NCBI GenBank assembly: GCA_046542505.1
Contig: JBKHBH010000067.1
Location: forward strand, 1-11,446
Reading direction: 5' to 3'
Length of the DNA: 11,446 bases
Origin: Thermovirgaceae bacterium
GTDB taxonomy: Bacteria; Synergistota; Synergistia; Synergistales; Thermovirgaceae
The notes beneath the pieces are model-generated. The model saw only the letters and a program-made list of their open reading frames with translations, did no database searches and was not told the DNA's origin. Position numbers and translations under genes: made by a program. Each line of letters begins with the position of its first letter. The stretch's first letter is position 1. This document shows, in pieces, positions 1 to 7,433 of the stretch.

Positions 1-175
1 GCGCAGCGAAGTTCCCAGACCACACAAGGACGATCCGGCCCTTGTAAAAAAATACGGGGAGTTCATGGGCCGGCTCAGGGTCGAGGAGGAAACCATTCTC
101 GAGATGCTCGAGGCCTTTTCCAGGGGCGACGCATCCTCCGTCAGATCCGCCTCGTTACGGCTCGTCAGGGGATAG
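1..175 (+). CDS. 3' end of an unidentified protein (partial, begins upstream of window)
   Basis: Frame 2 is open from position 2 to TAG at 173-175: RSEVPRPHKDDPALVKKYGEFMGRLRVEEETILEMLEAFSRGDASSVRSASLRLVRG*. Protein-like composition; family not recognised. Confidence 0.55.
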   Translation, partial: RSEVPRPHKDDPALVKKYGEFMGRLRVEEETILEMLEAFSRGDASSVRSASLRLVRG

Positions 176-285
176 ATCTTCCGGACGGCGGGTTTTCCTT
201 CCCGGGGAATTCTTATACTTTCTGCTGTACCCGCTTCAGGATGCGATCTTCGAAAATCCAGAGCGAATGAACTGGAGGTATTGCC

Positions 286-648
286 GTGGCAAAAATACTG
301 GTTGTCGACGATGCAGCCTTTATGCGAATGATGATGAAAGACATCCTGGCCAAGGGCGAACATGAAGTGGTGGGTGAAGCCGAGGACGGAAAGAAGTGCC
401 TCATGGAATACAGCAAGGTCAAGCCGGACCTGGTGACGCTGGATATCACCATGCCCGAGCTGGACGGGATGAATACCCTGATGGCCCTCAAGAAACTGAA
501 TCCTGCGGCACGGGTGGTCATGGTGAGCGCCATGGGGCAGCAGGACATCGTTATCCAGGCCATCAAGGCGGGGGCCAGGGATTTCGTGGTCAAACCCTTC
601 AAGCCGGACCGTGTCCTGGAGGCCATCAACAAGGCTCTTGCCTCATGA
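286..648 (+). CDS. cheY: Chemotaxis response regulator CheY (single receiver domain)
   Basis: 120 aa; KILVVDDAAFMR, LVTLDITMP (phospho-Asp), VSAMGQ, FVVKPF, typical of Bacillus/Thermotoga-type CheY. SD GGAGGT at 274-279 before GTG; cheX and fliM nearby. Confidence 0.93.
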   Translation: MAKILVVDDAAFMRMMMKDILAKGEHEVVGEAEDGKKCLMEYSKVKPDLVTLDITMPELDGMNTLMALKKLNPAARVVMVSAMGQQDIVIQAIKAGARDFVVKPFKPDRVLEAINKALAS

Positions 649-654
649 GGCTCG

Positions 655-1962
655 TCAACGGGCCTGACTTTCGGGCTGGAGAAGGAATTCGAAATGTTCC
701 GTCATGAGGTTTTTCCATTCGGGCAAAAAATGCAGACGGGGTTGTGCAGCAGGGCCGATGATCACATCGAGGCCCTTGCCGATCTTCATGGCGCTTCCCA
801 TTTTTTCGGCAAGGTTGGCCGGGGAGTAGGCGCCGAAAATGATGTCCTCTTCCCGGGGCATTCCCGGCATGTTTTCACCGAGACGGAATTCACGGCCCAC
901 AAGGTGCGACATATCCTTCGTGAGCGTGGCGATGACCTGCATGAAGGGCAGTTCCTTTTCCAGGGGATCTACACCCGTCACCTGCCCGATGACGCCGTGG
1001 CGAAAGAGCAGGAAGCTTCCTGTGGGGAAGGGCGCCACCATTTCCCGGAGGCAATCGACGAAGCGCTCGTCGAATTTCCTGCCTCCTCCTTCACCGATGA
1101 TCTTGATGGCGTGGTAGGGGAGAGCCGCAACATGATAGGGGCGGTCAGAGACGATGGCCTCGTAAACGTCGGCGAGGGTAATGATTCTCACCGGTACGGG
1201 AAGCTTTTCCAGGGGCGGAATGCCCTCGGGGCTGTAGCCGGTGCCGTCGAGGAAGCGGTGGTGATGGGCCACGGCGGCCTTGGAAAGGGGCATGAGGTTT
1301 TCCGTCCTTTTTACCATGGCGTACCCGTAGTCGGGGTGTTTTTTCATGATTTTCCATTCTTCGGGCGCCAGTTTGCCGGGCTTGTTCAGGATCTCCAGGG
1401 GGATTTTCGTTTTCCCCACATCATGAAGCAGACCGCCCAGGGCCATGTCGAGCTTGTCCTGCCTGTCGGGCCTGAGGGTGCTTTTGAGTTCCGCCATGCG
1501 GAGAATGGAAAGGGACAGGAGCATGACCATCCAGGAGTGGTGGTGGGTGTGGTTGTCATGGCTCGAGATGAGCTGGAGGCTGTCCATGATGGCGGGTTTC
1601 GTCTCGAAAATCTCCTCGATGACGGGCCTGATGTCGTCGGTCAGGTTCTTGATCGTCTCCGGCTGGAGTTCGTGAACCTTTCGTGCTTTCTCGAAGAAAC
1701 GGCCGACCTTTTGGTGGATGCCTCCGGGAATGGCAATGCCGCCCCCTTCGGGCTTGATAAGACCGTCGGGGGCTTCCTCGAGGGGGATTTGGATCTTTAC
1801 GGAATCGATATAATCCCGGTTTTTGAGTCCGAGGATGAGGTTGTTGGTCAAAACGACGCCCTGAAAAAGAAGTGCGCGACCATGCGGGTCCCTCACGTCC
1901 TCGGCGAGGATCTGACCGGGTTTGAGGTCTTCCGTCTTGATCTTTACGGAAATACGGGCCAT
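655..1962 (-). CDS. HD-GYP domain protein (c-di-GMP phosphodiesterase family) with variant motifs
   Basis: 435 aa; LLHDVGK, ILNKPGKL..EEWKIMKKHPDYGY, HHHRFLDGTGYSP, RIITLADVYEAIVSDRPY; N-terminal LKPGQILAEDV..G..LL..G..LT segment and C-terminal FPTGS..G..G.V segment common in this family. SD AGGAG on the minus strand at 1972-1976. Confidence 0.9.
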   Translation of the reverse strand: MARISVKIKTEDLKPGQILAEDVRDPHGRALLFQGVVLTNNLILGLKNRDYIDSVKIQIPLEEAPDGLIKPEGGGIAIPGGIHQKVGRFFEKARKVHELQPETIKNLTDDIRPVIEEIFETKPAIMDSLQLISSHDNHTHHHSWMVMLLSLSILRMAELKSTLRPDRQDKLDMALGGLLHDVGKTKIPLEILNKPGKLAPEEWKIMKKHPDYGYAMVKRTENLMPLSKAAVAHHHRFLDGTGYSPEGIPPLEKLPVPVRIITLADVYEAIVSDRPYHVAALPYHAIKIIGEGGGRKFDERFVDCLREMVAPFPTGSFLLFRHGVIGQVTGVDPLEKELPFMQVIATLTKDMSHLVGREFRLGENMPGMPREEDIIFGAYSPANLAEKMGSAMKIGKGLDVIIGPAAQPRLHFLPEWKNLMTEHFEFLLQPESQAR

Positions 1963-2138
1963 ACGGGATCACTCCTGCATCAAAAAGGGTGATGCGTAAA
2001 TCCATATTACAGTGTAATGGTTTTCGTGTGAAAAAACATCGAACCACAGTATCCACAACCGGCGGTGCCTCCATGGGGGTCGGTTTCCGGCGGCAGCGGT
2101 GAACATCCTGCATGACAATCTACGGGAGAGTGAATGAC

Positions 2139-2639
2139 ATGAGCTCGTTGAACGCACTGACTACGCTTGTTCAGGCCTTCGGGGCGGGTACCATCAACGT
2201 CGCCAAAAGCCTGGGATTGCATTTCCGAATCGACAGGGAAGGTGTCGGCCCGGGCGTCAAGACCTCGTCGAGTTGCGCAGCCGCCGTCATCGGCGTCGTC
2301 GGGGAAAATCTCACGGGTTCGGTGACGCTTCTGACCGACAAAGGAGCCTTTCAGGAAATTCTCCGCACCATGTCAGGCGGGATGATCCAGAAACCTTCCA
2401 CGTCGGATCCACTTTCCATGAGTGCCCTCGGCGAGCTCGCCAACATGATCTGCGGTTCCGCGCTGAAGGAGTCGACACGCCTCCAGGCGGGCAGGTTTGA
2501 AATCACGCCGCCCCAGATGTTCACCGGAGACAATCTCAAGTCGGTCCCAAGTGATGACCCGAAGGTCAAGTACTATACCATCCCCATGGTGAACGACAAG
2601 GGTACGGCCAACGTCTACATTGTCCTCGGATTCAGGTGA
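2139..2639 (+). CDS. cheX: Chemotaxis phosphatase CheX
   Basis: 166 aa from ATG 2139 (SD GGGAGAG 2124-2130; the ORF track start at 2112 has no obvious SD). VIGVVG..GSV, SALGELANMICG (E-x-x-N catalytic motif), ITPP. Confidence 0.88.
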   Translation: MSSLNALTTLVQAFGAGTINVAKSLGLHFRIDREGVGPGVKTSSSCAAAVIGVVGENLTGSVTLLTDKGAFQEILRTMSGGMIQKPSTSDPLSMSALGELANMICGSALKESTRLQAGRFEITPPQMFTGDNLKSVPSDDPKVKYYTIPMVNDKGTANVYIVLGFR

Positions 2640-2660
2640 TAGTTCCGTGCCCCCCTCGAG

Positions 2661-2689
2661 GTGACAAAAAACAGAACATACGTTATTAT
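2661..2689 (+). promoter_or_regulatory. Putative sigma70 promoter for fliPQR
   Basis: GTGACA (2661-2666), 17 nt spacer, TATTAT (2684-2689); 5/6 match to each consensus box, in an AT-rich intergenic segment. Confidence 0.55.
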
Positions 2690-2733
2690 AAACAATAGCA
2701 TAAATACCGTTATATTCCTCGAGAGGGTTTTGC

Positions 2734-3498
2734 ATGGGACATTACCGGGTACTCGTCTTGGGCTGTCTTCTGATGATCGCCCTGGCCTGGGCTCCCGCGG
2801 CCGGGGCGGCCGAGGGAGTGCCCGCCATTCCCACTATCAGCATCGGAGTCGATGAAGCCGCCGATCCGGGCCAGGTCTCGCTGACGGTCCAGATACTGAT
2901 CCTCCTCACGGTGCTCAGTCTGGCTCCTGCCATGGCGTTGATGGCCACCAGCTTCACCAGGATCCTCATCGTGCTCGGTTTCCTCAGGAATGCCATGGGG
3001 ATCCAGCAGCTTCCGCCGAACCAGGTGGTGGTGACTCTTGCCCTGTTTCTGACCTTGTTCATCATGAGGCCCGTCTGGGAAAACATCTATACCGAGGCCT
3101 ACGTCCCCTACCAGGCGGGCGAGATAGAGACCTCCCTAGCCGTCGATCGGACCCTTGAGCCGATTCGGAAGTTCATGTTCACCCATACCAGGGACGAGGA
3201 GCTTTCCCTCATGGTTTCCCTCTCGGAATCCGAGCGCCCTGAAGAACGAGAGGACGTGTCTTTGCTCGTGTTGCTCCCTGCCTTCATGCTCAGCGAGTTG
3301 AAGACGGCCTTCCAGATGGGCGTCGTCCTTTTCGTCCCCTTTCTCGTGATTGACATGATCGTCGCCAGCGTCCTCATGGCCATGGGAATGATCATGCTGC
3401 CTCCCATGCTGGTGTCGTTGCCTTTCAAGGTGCTCCTTTTCGTGCTGGCCGACGGGTGGGATCTCGTTGTGGTCAGCCTGATCGAAAGCTTCAGCTGA
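2734..3498 (+). CDS. fliP: Flagellar export apparatus protein FliP
   Basis: 254 aa with N-terminal signal peptide; TSFTRILIVLGFLRNAMGIQQLPPNQV, PAFMLSELKTAFQMG, MGMIMLPP..SLPFKVLLFVLADGW. SD GAGAGGG 2721-2727. Confidence 0.97.
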   Translation: MGHYRVLVLGCLLMIALAWAPAAGAAEGVPAIPTISIGVDEAADPGQVSLTVQILILLTVLSLAPAMALMATSFTRILIVLGFLRNAMGIQQLPPNQVVVTLALFLTLFIMRPVWENIYTEAYVPYQAGEIETSLAVDRTLEPIRKFMFTHTRDEELSLMVSLSESERPEEREDVSLLVLLPAFMLSELKTAFQMGVVLFVPFLVIDMIVASVLMAMGMIMLPPMLVSLPFKVLLFVLADGWDLVVVSLIESFS

Positions 3499-3511
3499 GG
3501 GGGGATCGGCT

Positions 3512-3778
3512 GTGGACGGAACCTTTGCGAGCCTTTTCAACCAGGCGGCATGGACGGCGATCTTGTCGGCGCTCCCAATTCTGGTGGCGGCCATGATCGT
3601 GGGCCTCGTGATGGGCATCCTGCAGACGGCCACATCCATCCAGGAACAGACCCTGTCCTTTGTTCCCAAGATCCTGGTGGTCATCCTGACGGCCATCCTG
3701 CTGGGTCCGGCCATCTTCCGGTCGGTATACCGACTGGCCGTCGAGGTCTTCGGCAAGCTTCACAGCTACGTTTCATGA
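3512..3778 (+). CDS. fliQ: Flagellar export apparatus protein FliQ
   Basis: 88 aa, two hydrophobic helices, signature LQTATSIQEQTLSFVPK; lies between fliP and fliR; GTG start after a G-rich SD. Confidence 0.96.
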   Translation: MDGTFASLFNQAAWTAILSALPILVAAMIVGLVMGILQTATSIQEQTLSFVPKILVVILTAILLGPAIFRSVYRLAVEVFGKLHSYVS

Positions 3779-4566
3779 TGGAACTGAACCTTTCGGCGGA
3801 TTTCGTGTCGATCATGCTCCTCTACTTCATGGCGTCCCTGAGGTTTCTGGGACTCCTTTCGGCCCTGGTGTTTCTGACCGGAGCCTCCCTGCCCATTCCG
3901 GTGAGACTCTGGCTGTCTTTGGTCCTTGCCCTCGCTTCCAGTGCTGTGATCAGGGGAACGGAAGTGGAGACGGCCCTGTTCCTGAACCTGCCGGGCTTTG
4001 CAGTTACCGCCGCCAGGGAGCTGGCTGTCGGGCTCGTTCTGGGGATACTGGCGTCTAGTCCCCTGTACGTTCTGCAGATCGCCGGGCGTTTTGTCAGCCA
4101 GCAGATGGGGTTCGCCATGGCCAACCTGATGGATCCCCTGTCACAACAGCAGGTCTCTGTCATCGGTCAGCTCAAGTACCTGGTAGGGACGTGGTTCTGG
4201 TTTTATATTGGAGGACATCTTCTGATGACTGCGGCGGTAACGGAAAGCCTCAGGATGCTTCCCGTGGGGACACCCGTTTTCGGGCTCCTGACGGCTGAAG
4301 GCATACGGATGTGGATCTCGGAGCTTTTCATGCTGGCCCTGAAGGTGGTTTTGCCCTATTTCGGCGCCCTCTTTCTGGCGGAAGTGGGGTTGGGTTTTAT
4401 CGCCAGGACCGTTCCTCAGCTGAACGTGTTCATGCTCGGCTTTCCTATCAAGATCCTACTGGCACTGTTTTTGCTGGCTCTTCTGACAGTTGCCATCGTC
4501 AGGGGAATGCTCCCCGATGCCGTCAGCGACTTTCTGGAGATGTTCCAGTTCCTTTTTGCCGGATGA
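3775..4566 (+). CDS. fliR: Flagellar export apparatus protein FliR
   Basis: About 263 aa, polytopic; QQMGFAMANLMDP and RTVPQLNVFMLGFPIKI motifs. Start is ATG 3775 or 3778 overlapping the fliQ stop (ATGATG); the ORF track extension to 3550 lies inside fliQ. Confidence 0.94.
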   Translation: MMELNLSADFVSIMLLYFMASLRFLGLLSALVFLTGASLPIPVRLWLSLVLALASSAVIRGTEVETALFLNLPGFAVTAARELAVGLVLGILASSPLYVLQIAGRFVSQQMGFAMANLMDPLSQQQVSVIGQLKYLVGTWFWFYIGGHLLMTAAVTESLRMLPVGTPVFGLLTAEGIRMWISELFMLALKVVLPYFGALFLAEVGLGFIARTVPQLNVFMLGFPIKILLALFLLALLTVAIVRGMLPDAVSDFLEMFQFLFAG

Positions 4567-5737
4567 CCCGTTGCCCGTCTTCTGCAACAAGGAGTTTCAG
4601 CCTCTTCCTTTCTGACCATGTTCCTTGCCGTGATTCGAGAACGGCGATGTCCTTTTCAACCGGCCTGTGAAGTTCTTCGGAAAGCCTGATGGAGCCTGAG
4701 CCCAGGCGAACCTCGCCGACTTCCGTCAGAGCTTTCGAGATTTCCTGCCTTCCGCATTGGGGGTCGTCCAGGGAAAACAACGCTTTCGCCAGCCATCGGG
4801 AGGCCACGACGGCCTTGGTGGCGATTTCACTATCGACGGGTCCGGCAGCGTGCCCTGCGGGGACCTCTTCGGCAAAAGGCATCCTTTGCCTGAAGGCAAT
4901 GAGTCCGTCATGCCGGAGGAGCATTTCCGTGGGCCTGCGTCCGTAGATGAGAGTACCGCCCTTGCCGGATGTCTCGATCAACCGGGCCGCCTGCAATGTC
5001 CTGGAAGGGCTCAAAAAGGAGATGAAGGCCTTCGTACCCCCCTTGAGGCTTTCCGAAATGGCCTGTTTCAGCCGGTTTTCCGATGTGCGGCTGAGAAGGA
5101 CCGGCCAGGCGGCCAGGCCAGAAGCCGTCAAGGACCTCACGGTGGCCAGTCCCAGTGACCTGGACTTGGTGTCGAGATGATCCACGAAAACCACCCAGTT
5201 TTTTTCAGGCCCTTTTCGGGCCCAGAAAGCCAGGGCTTCCGGACGGTACCCTTCGTCGGCGTCGAGGCCGAAAAGGAAAGGGGAAGGGGCCTTTTCATCC
5301 GGCCCCGGCGGGACCGTCTCCGAATGAAACAGGATGGTAGGGATCCCGGTCTCTGCGGCACCCTCTTTTGCATAGCAGGCGGTTCTGTCCTCGCAAAGAT
5401 TGAGGACCGCCAGGGTCCCCGAAGTGCACAACTTTTCGAAAAACCGCCGCGCATCGGCCCGTGAAGCGGGAGCATCGACGACTTTCAGGGAGATCAAGAG
5501 GGGAGGCTTTATTCCCGAGGATTCTCGATGGGCTGGCAGGTTCTTTCTGATGAGTTCCATCACCGTCGAAGGGACAGCTTCATCAGATGGGACGATCAGG
5601 GCGACCTTGACGATATTCCCGGGTTCTCCGGCTCCGGGGGCCGGAGCCGTCTGCGACAAGAAAGAGACGAGAATCACTGCGGCGGCCAGGCAGATGATTC
5701 GTCTCACATAAAAATGCTTGAGGCACGGCGTCTTCAT
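4523..5737 (-). CDS. Exported protein, probable divergent type I periplasmic-binding fold (Leu/Ile/Val-binding-like)
   Basis: About 404 aa; basic then hydrophobic N-terminus (RRIICLAAAVILVSFLS); VKVALIVP, LAVLNL..RTACYAKEGAAETGIPTILF and KNWVVFVDHLDTKSRSLG..VRSLTASGL resemble the LivJ/LivK pattern by eye. SD AGGGAG (5745-5750, minus) 7 nt before ATG 5737. The coding call is firmer than the fold call. Confidence 0.6.
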   Translation of the reverse strand: MKTPCLKHFYVRRIICLAAAVILVSFLSQTAPAPGAGEPGNIVKVALIVPSDEAVPSTVMELIRKNLPAHRESSGIKPPLLISLKVVDAPASRADARRFFEKLCTSGTLAVLNLCEDRTACYAKEGAAETGIPTILFHSETVPPGPDEKAPSPFLFGLDADEGYRPEALAFWARKGPEKNWVVFVDHLDTKSRSLGLATVRSLTASGLAAWPVLLSRTSENRLKQAISESLKGGTKAFISFLSPSRTLQAARLIETSGKGGTLIYGRRPTEMLLRHDGLIAFRQRMPFAEEVPAGHAAGPVDSEIATKAVVASRWLAKALFSLDDPQCGRQEISKALTEVGEVRLGSGSIRLSEELHRPVEKDIAVLESRQGTWSERKRLKLLVAEDGQRVIRQKGTGTSPESR

Positions 5738-5785
5738 CAAAACACTCCCTGTTTTTCCAAGAGATCCTGGTTGCGGAACAGCCCG

Positions 5786-5813
5786 TAATGTCTGGGTAGG
5801 AAAAGGCCGATTC
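5786..5813 (+). promoter_or_regulatory. Putative sigma28 (FliA/SigD) promoter upstream of fliL
   Basis: TAAT (5786-5789), 16 nt, GCCGATTC (5806-5813) versus consensus TAAA-N15/16-GCCGATAW. Confidence 0.45.
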
Positions 5814-5870
5814 TTATACTAGGACAGTATAGGACCAGAGGCTGTCCGATGCCAGGTGGTGAGGTACTCC

Positions 5871-6344
5871 ATGAAGGTGAATGCAAAAAAGGCACTGCTC
5901 GTTTTTACAACCGTGGCCGCAGTCTTCGCCCTGGGGTTCGCCGGGGGGATCGTGGCCAGCAGGATGGCCGCCGGAGGAGGTCCGGAAGAAGCAAAGGCTC
6001 CGCAGGCGCATGCCTATTCCATCCTGCCTTTGGGGGAATTCAAGATGTCCCTCACGGGGGGAAAGTATTCCGATTCGAGCCTGGCGAGTTTCGAACTGGT
6101 CCTCGAGCTGGAGAGCAAAAAAATCCTCGAGAAACTCAAGGCCGACGAATACTGGGAAACCTTGTTTCGGAACGAGGTCATTGCCGAATGCATGTCCCAG
6201 GGTGCCGAAGGTTTCCAGAGCTCAGAAGCGGTGCTGAAGCTTTCCGAAGCCATCACCAGGCGGCTCAATGCCGTGAGTCCTTCCATAGACGGCGTCGAGT
6301 TCCCCATCAGGCGGGTCCTCTTCAAGTCCCTCATACTTCAGTAA
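5871..6344 (+). CDS. fliL: Flagellar basal body-associated protein FliL
   Basis: 157 aa from ATG 5871 (SD GAGGT 5861-5865); single N-terminal TM helix, PLGEFKMSL, FRNEVI, ITRRLN, C-terminal IRRVLFKSLILQ; directly upstream of fliM. Confidence 0.88.
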   Translation: MKVNAKKALLVFTTVAAVFALGFAGGIVASRMAAGGGPEEAKAPQAHAYSILPLGEFKMSLTGGKYSDSSLASFELVLELESKKILEKLKADEYWETLFRNEVIAECMSQGAEGFQSSEAVLKLSEAITRRLNAVSPSIDGVEFPIRRVLFKSLILQ

Positions 6345-6357
6345 AGGGGGAGGCGGC

Positions 6358-7338
6358 GTGGATGTCCTCAATCAGGCGGAAATAGACCAGCTGATTAATT
6401 CCCTCGCCTCGGGAAGTGCTGGCGTCGAAGCCTCCGGCGGCGAGAAGGCCGTCAAGATCTATGATTTCCGCAGGCCCAACAAGTTCAACAAGGACCAGCT
6501 CAGGGCTGTGCATATGCTCCATGACAGTTTCGCCAGGCATCTGACCAATATCCTCTCCACCATGACGAGGTCCATGGTTTCGGCGGAAGTGGCCAACGTG
6601 GAGCAGATCCCCTACGAGGAATTCGTCAATTCCGTACTGGCGCCGACGACGCTGGCCATTCTCGAGGTGCGCCCCTTCGGCGGAAAGGCCCTGATGGAGA
6701 TCAAGCAGGCCCTGGTATTTGCCCTTATCGACAGGATGCTGGGAGGCAAGGGGCTCCCCCTGGAAGAACCCAGGGAATGCACCGACCTCGAACGGGTGAT
6801 CGTGGACCGCATCCTGGACAGGATCATCGGCGAACTGGACGACAGCTGGAAAACCATACAAGAGGACATCAGCTTTCATCTTTTCGGCGAGGAGAGCAAC
6901 CCTTTCTTCGTCCAGATTGTCCCGAAGAACGAGATGGTTCTTTTGGTAAACCTGCGAATCCAGGTGGGAGAAATCGAGGGACAGCTCAACCTTTGTCTGC
7001 CCTTTCACTGCATCGAACCCGTCATCGACAGGTTCAACCCCCAGGAGTGGTTCATCGCCAGGGACAACCAGCATTCCGCCGAGGGACGCCAGCGTCTGAA
7101 ACAGCGAATCCGGAACGTAAAAATTGACCTGACGGCGGAGCTCTGCGATACCACACTGACCCTGAAAGAGCTGGCGGAGATCACCGAAGGGGACGTAATC
7201 AACCTGGGCAAGCCCATAACGGAACCGGGACTCATGAAAGTAGGCCCGATTCCGAAATTCACCGTCGTTTTCGGAAATGTCGAGGACAGGATGTGCGTCA
7301 AGATTCTGGATATCCTGCCTCCTCAGGACGAAGAATGA
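6358..7338 (+). CDS. fliM: Flagellar motor switch protein FliM
   Basis: 326 aa; CheY-binding [34 protein letters not shown] (GGxG), ESNP.F.QIV, C-terminal SpoA domain. GTG start after GGGGGAGG. Confidence 0.97.
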   Translation: MDVLNQAEIDQLINSLASGSAGVEASGGEKAVKIYDFRRPNKFNKDQLRAVHMLHDSFARHLTNILSTMTRSMVSAEVANVEQIPYEEFVNSVLAPTTLAILEVRPFGGKALMEIKQALVFALIDRMLGGKGLPLEEPRECTDLERVIVDRILDRIIGELDDSWKTIQEDISFHLFGEESNPFFVQIVPKNEMVLLVNLRIQVGEIEGQLNLCLPFHCIEPVIDRFNPQEWFIARDNQHSAEGRQRLKQRIRNVKIDLTAELCDTTLTLKELAEITEGDVINLGKPITEPGLMKVGPIPKFTVVFGNVEDRMCVKILDILPPQDEE

Positions 7339-7433
7339 AAGTTCTCCTCCAGTGCCGGGGAGAAAGTCGAAGCGGCGGAATAAATCAGGCGTACCGTCAC
7401 AAATTCAACGCAAACCGTCGGGGAGGACTGAAA

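Noticed and set aside
694..1992. 432 aa plus-strand ORF opposite the HD-GYP gene
   Set aside because: Antisense shadow with no motifs; the minus strand carries the family signatures and SD.
2041..2110. Possible c-di-GMP riboswitch (AAACCGACC on minus; GGCAGCGG on plus)
   Set aside because: Other required elements (GGGCAC for class II; GCAAA/GNRA loop and receptor for class I) are not visible; only a covariance-model search could rescue it.
2689..2713. sigma28-like TAAA...ACCGTTAT upstream of fliP
   Set aside because: 13-nt spacer and two mismatches in the -10 box; the sigma70 match is better.
7342..7364. Hairpin TTCTCCTC...GGGGAGAA after fliM as terminator
   Set aside because: Modest 8-bp stem with no T-tract on the sense strand; not supportable as an intrinsic terminator.
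7293..7433. N-terminal extension of the MCP in the ORF track (also 3550-3774 for fliR, 2112 for cheX, 5856 for fliL, 9472 for fliD)
   Set aside because: Extensions overlap upstream genes or lack an SD; the downstream starts have well-spaced SDs or stop-start coupling.
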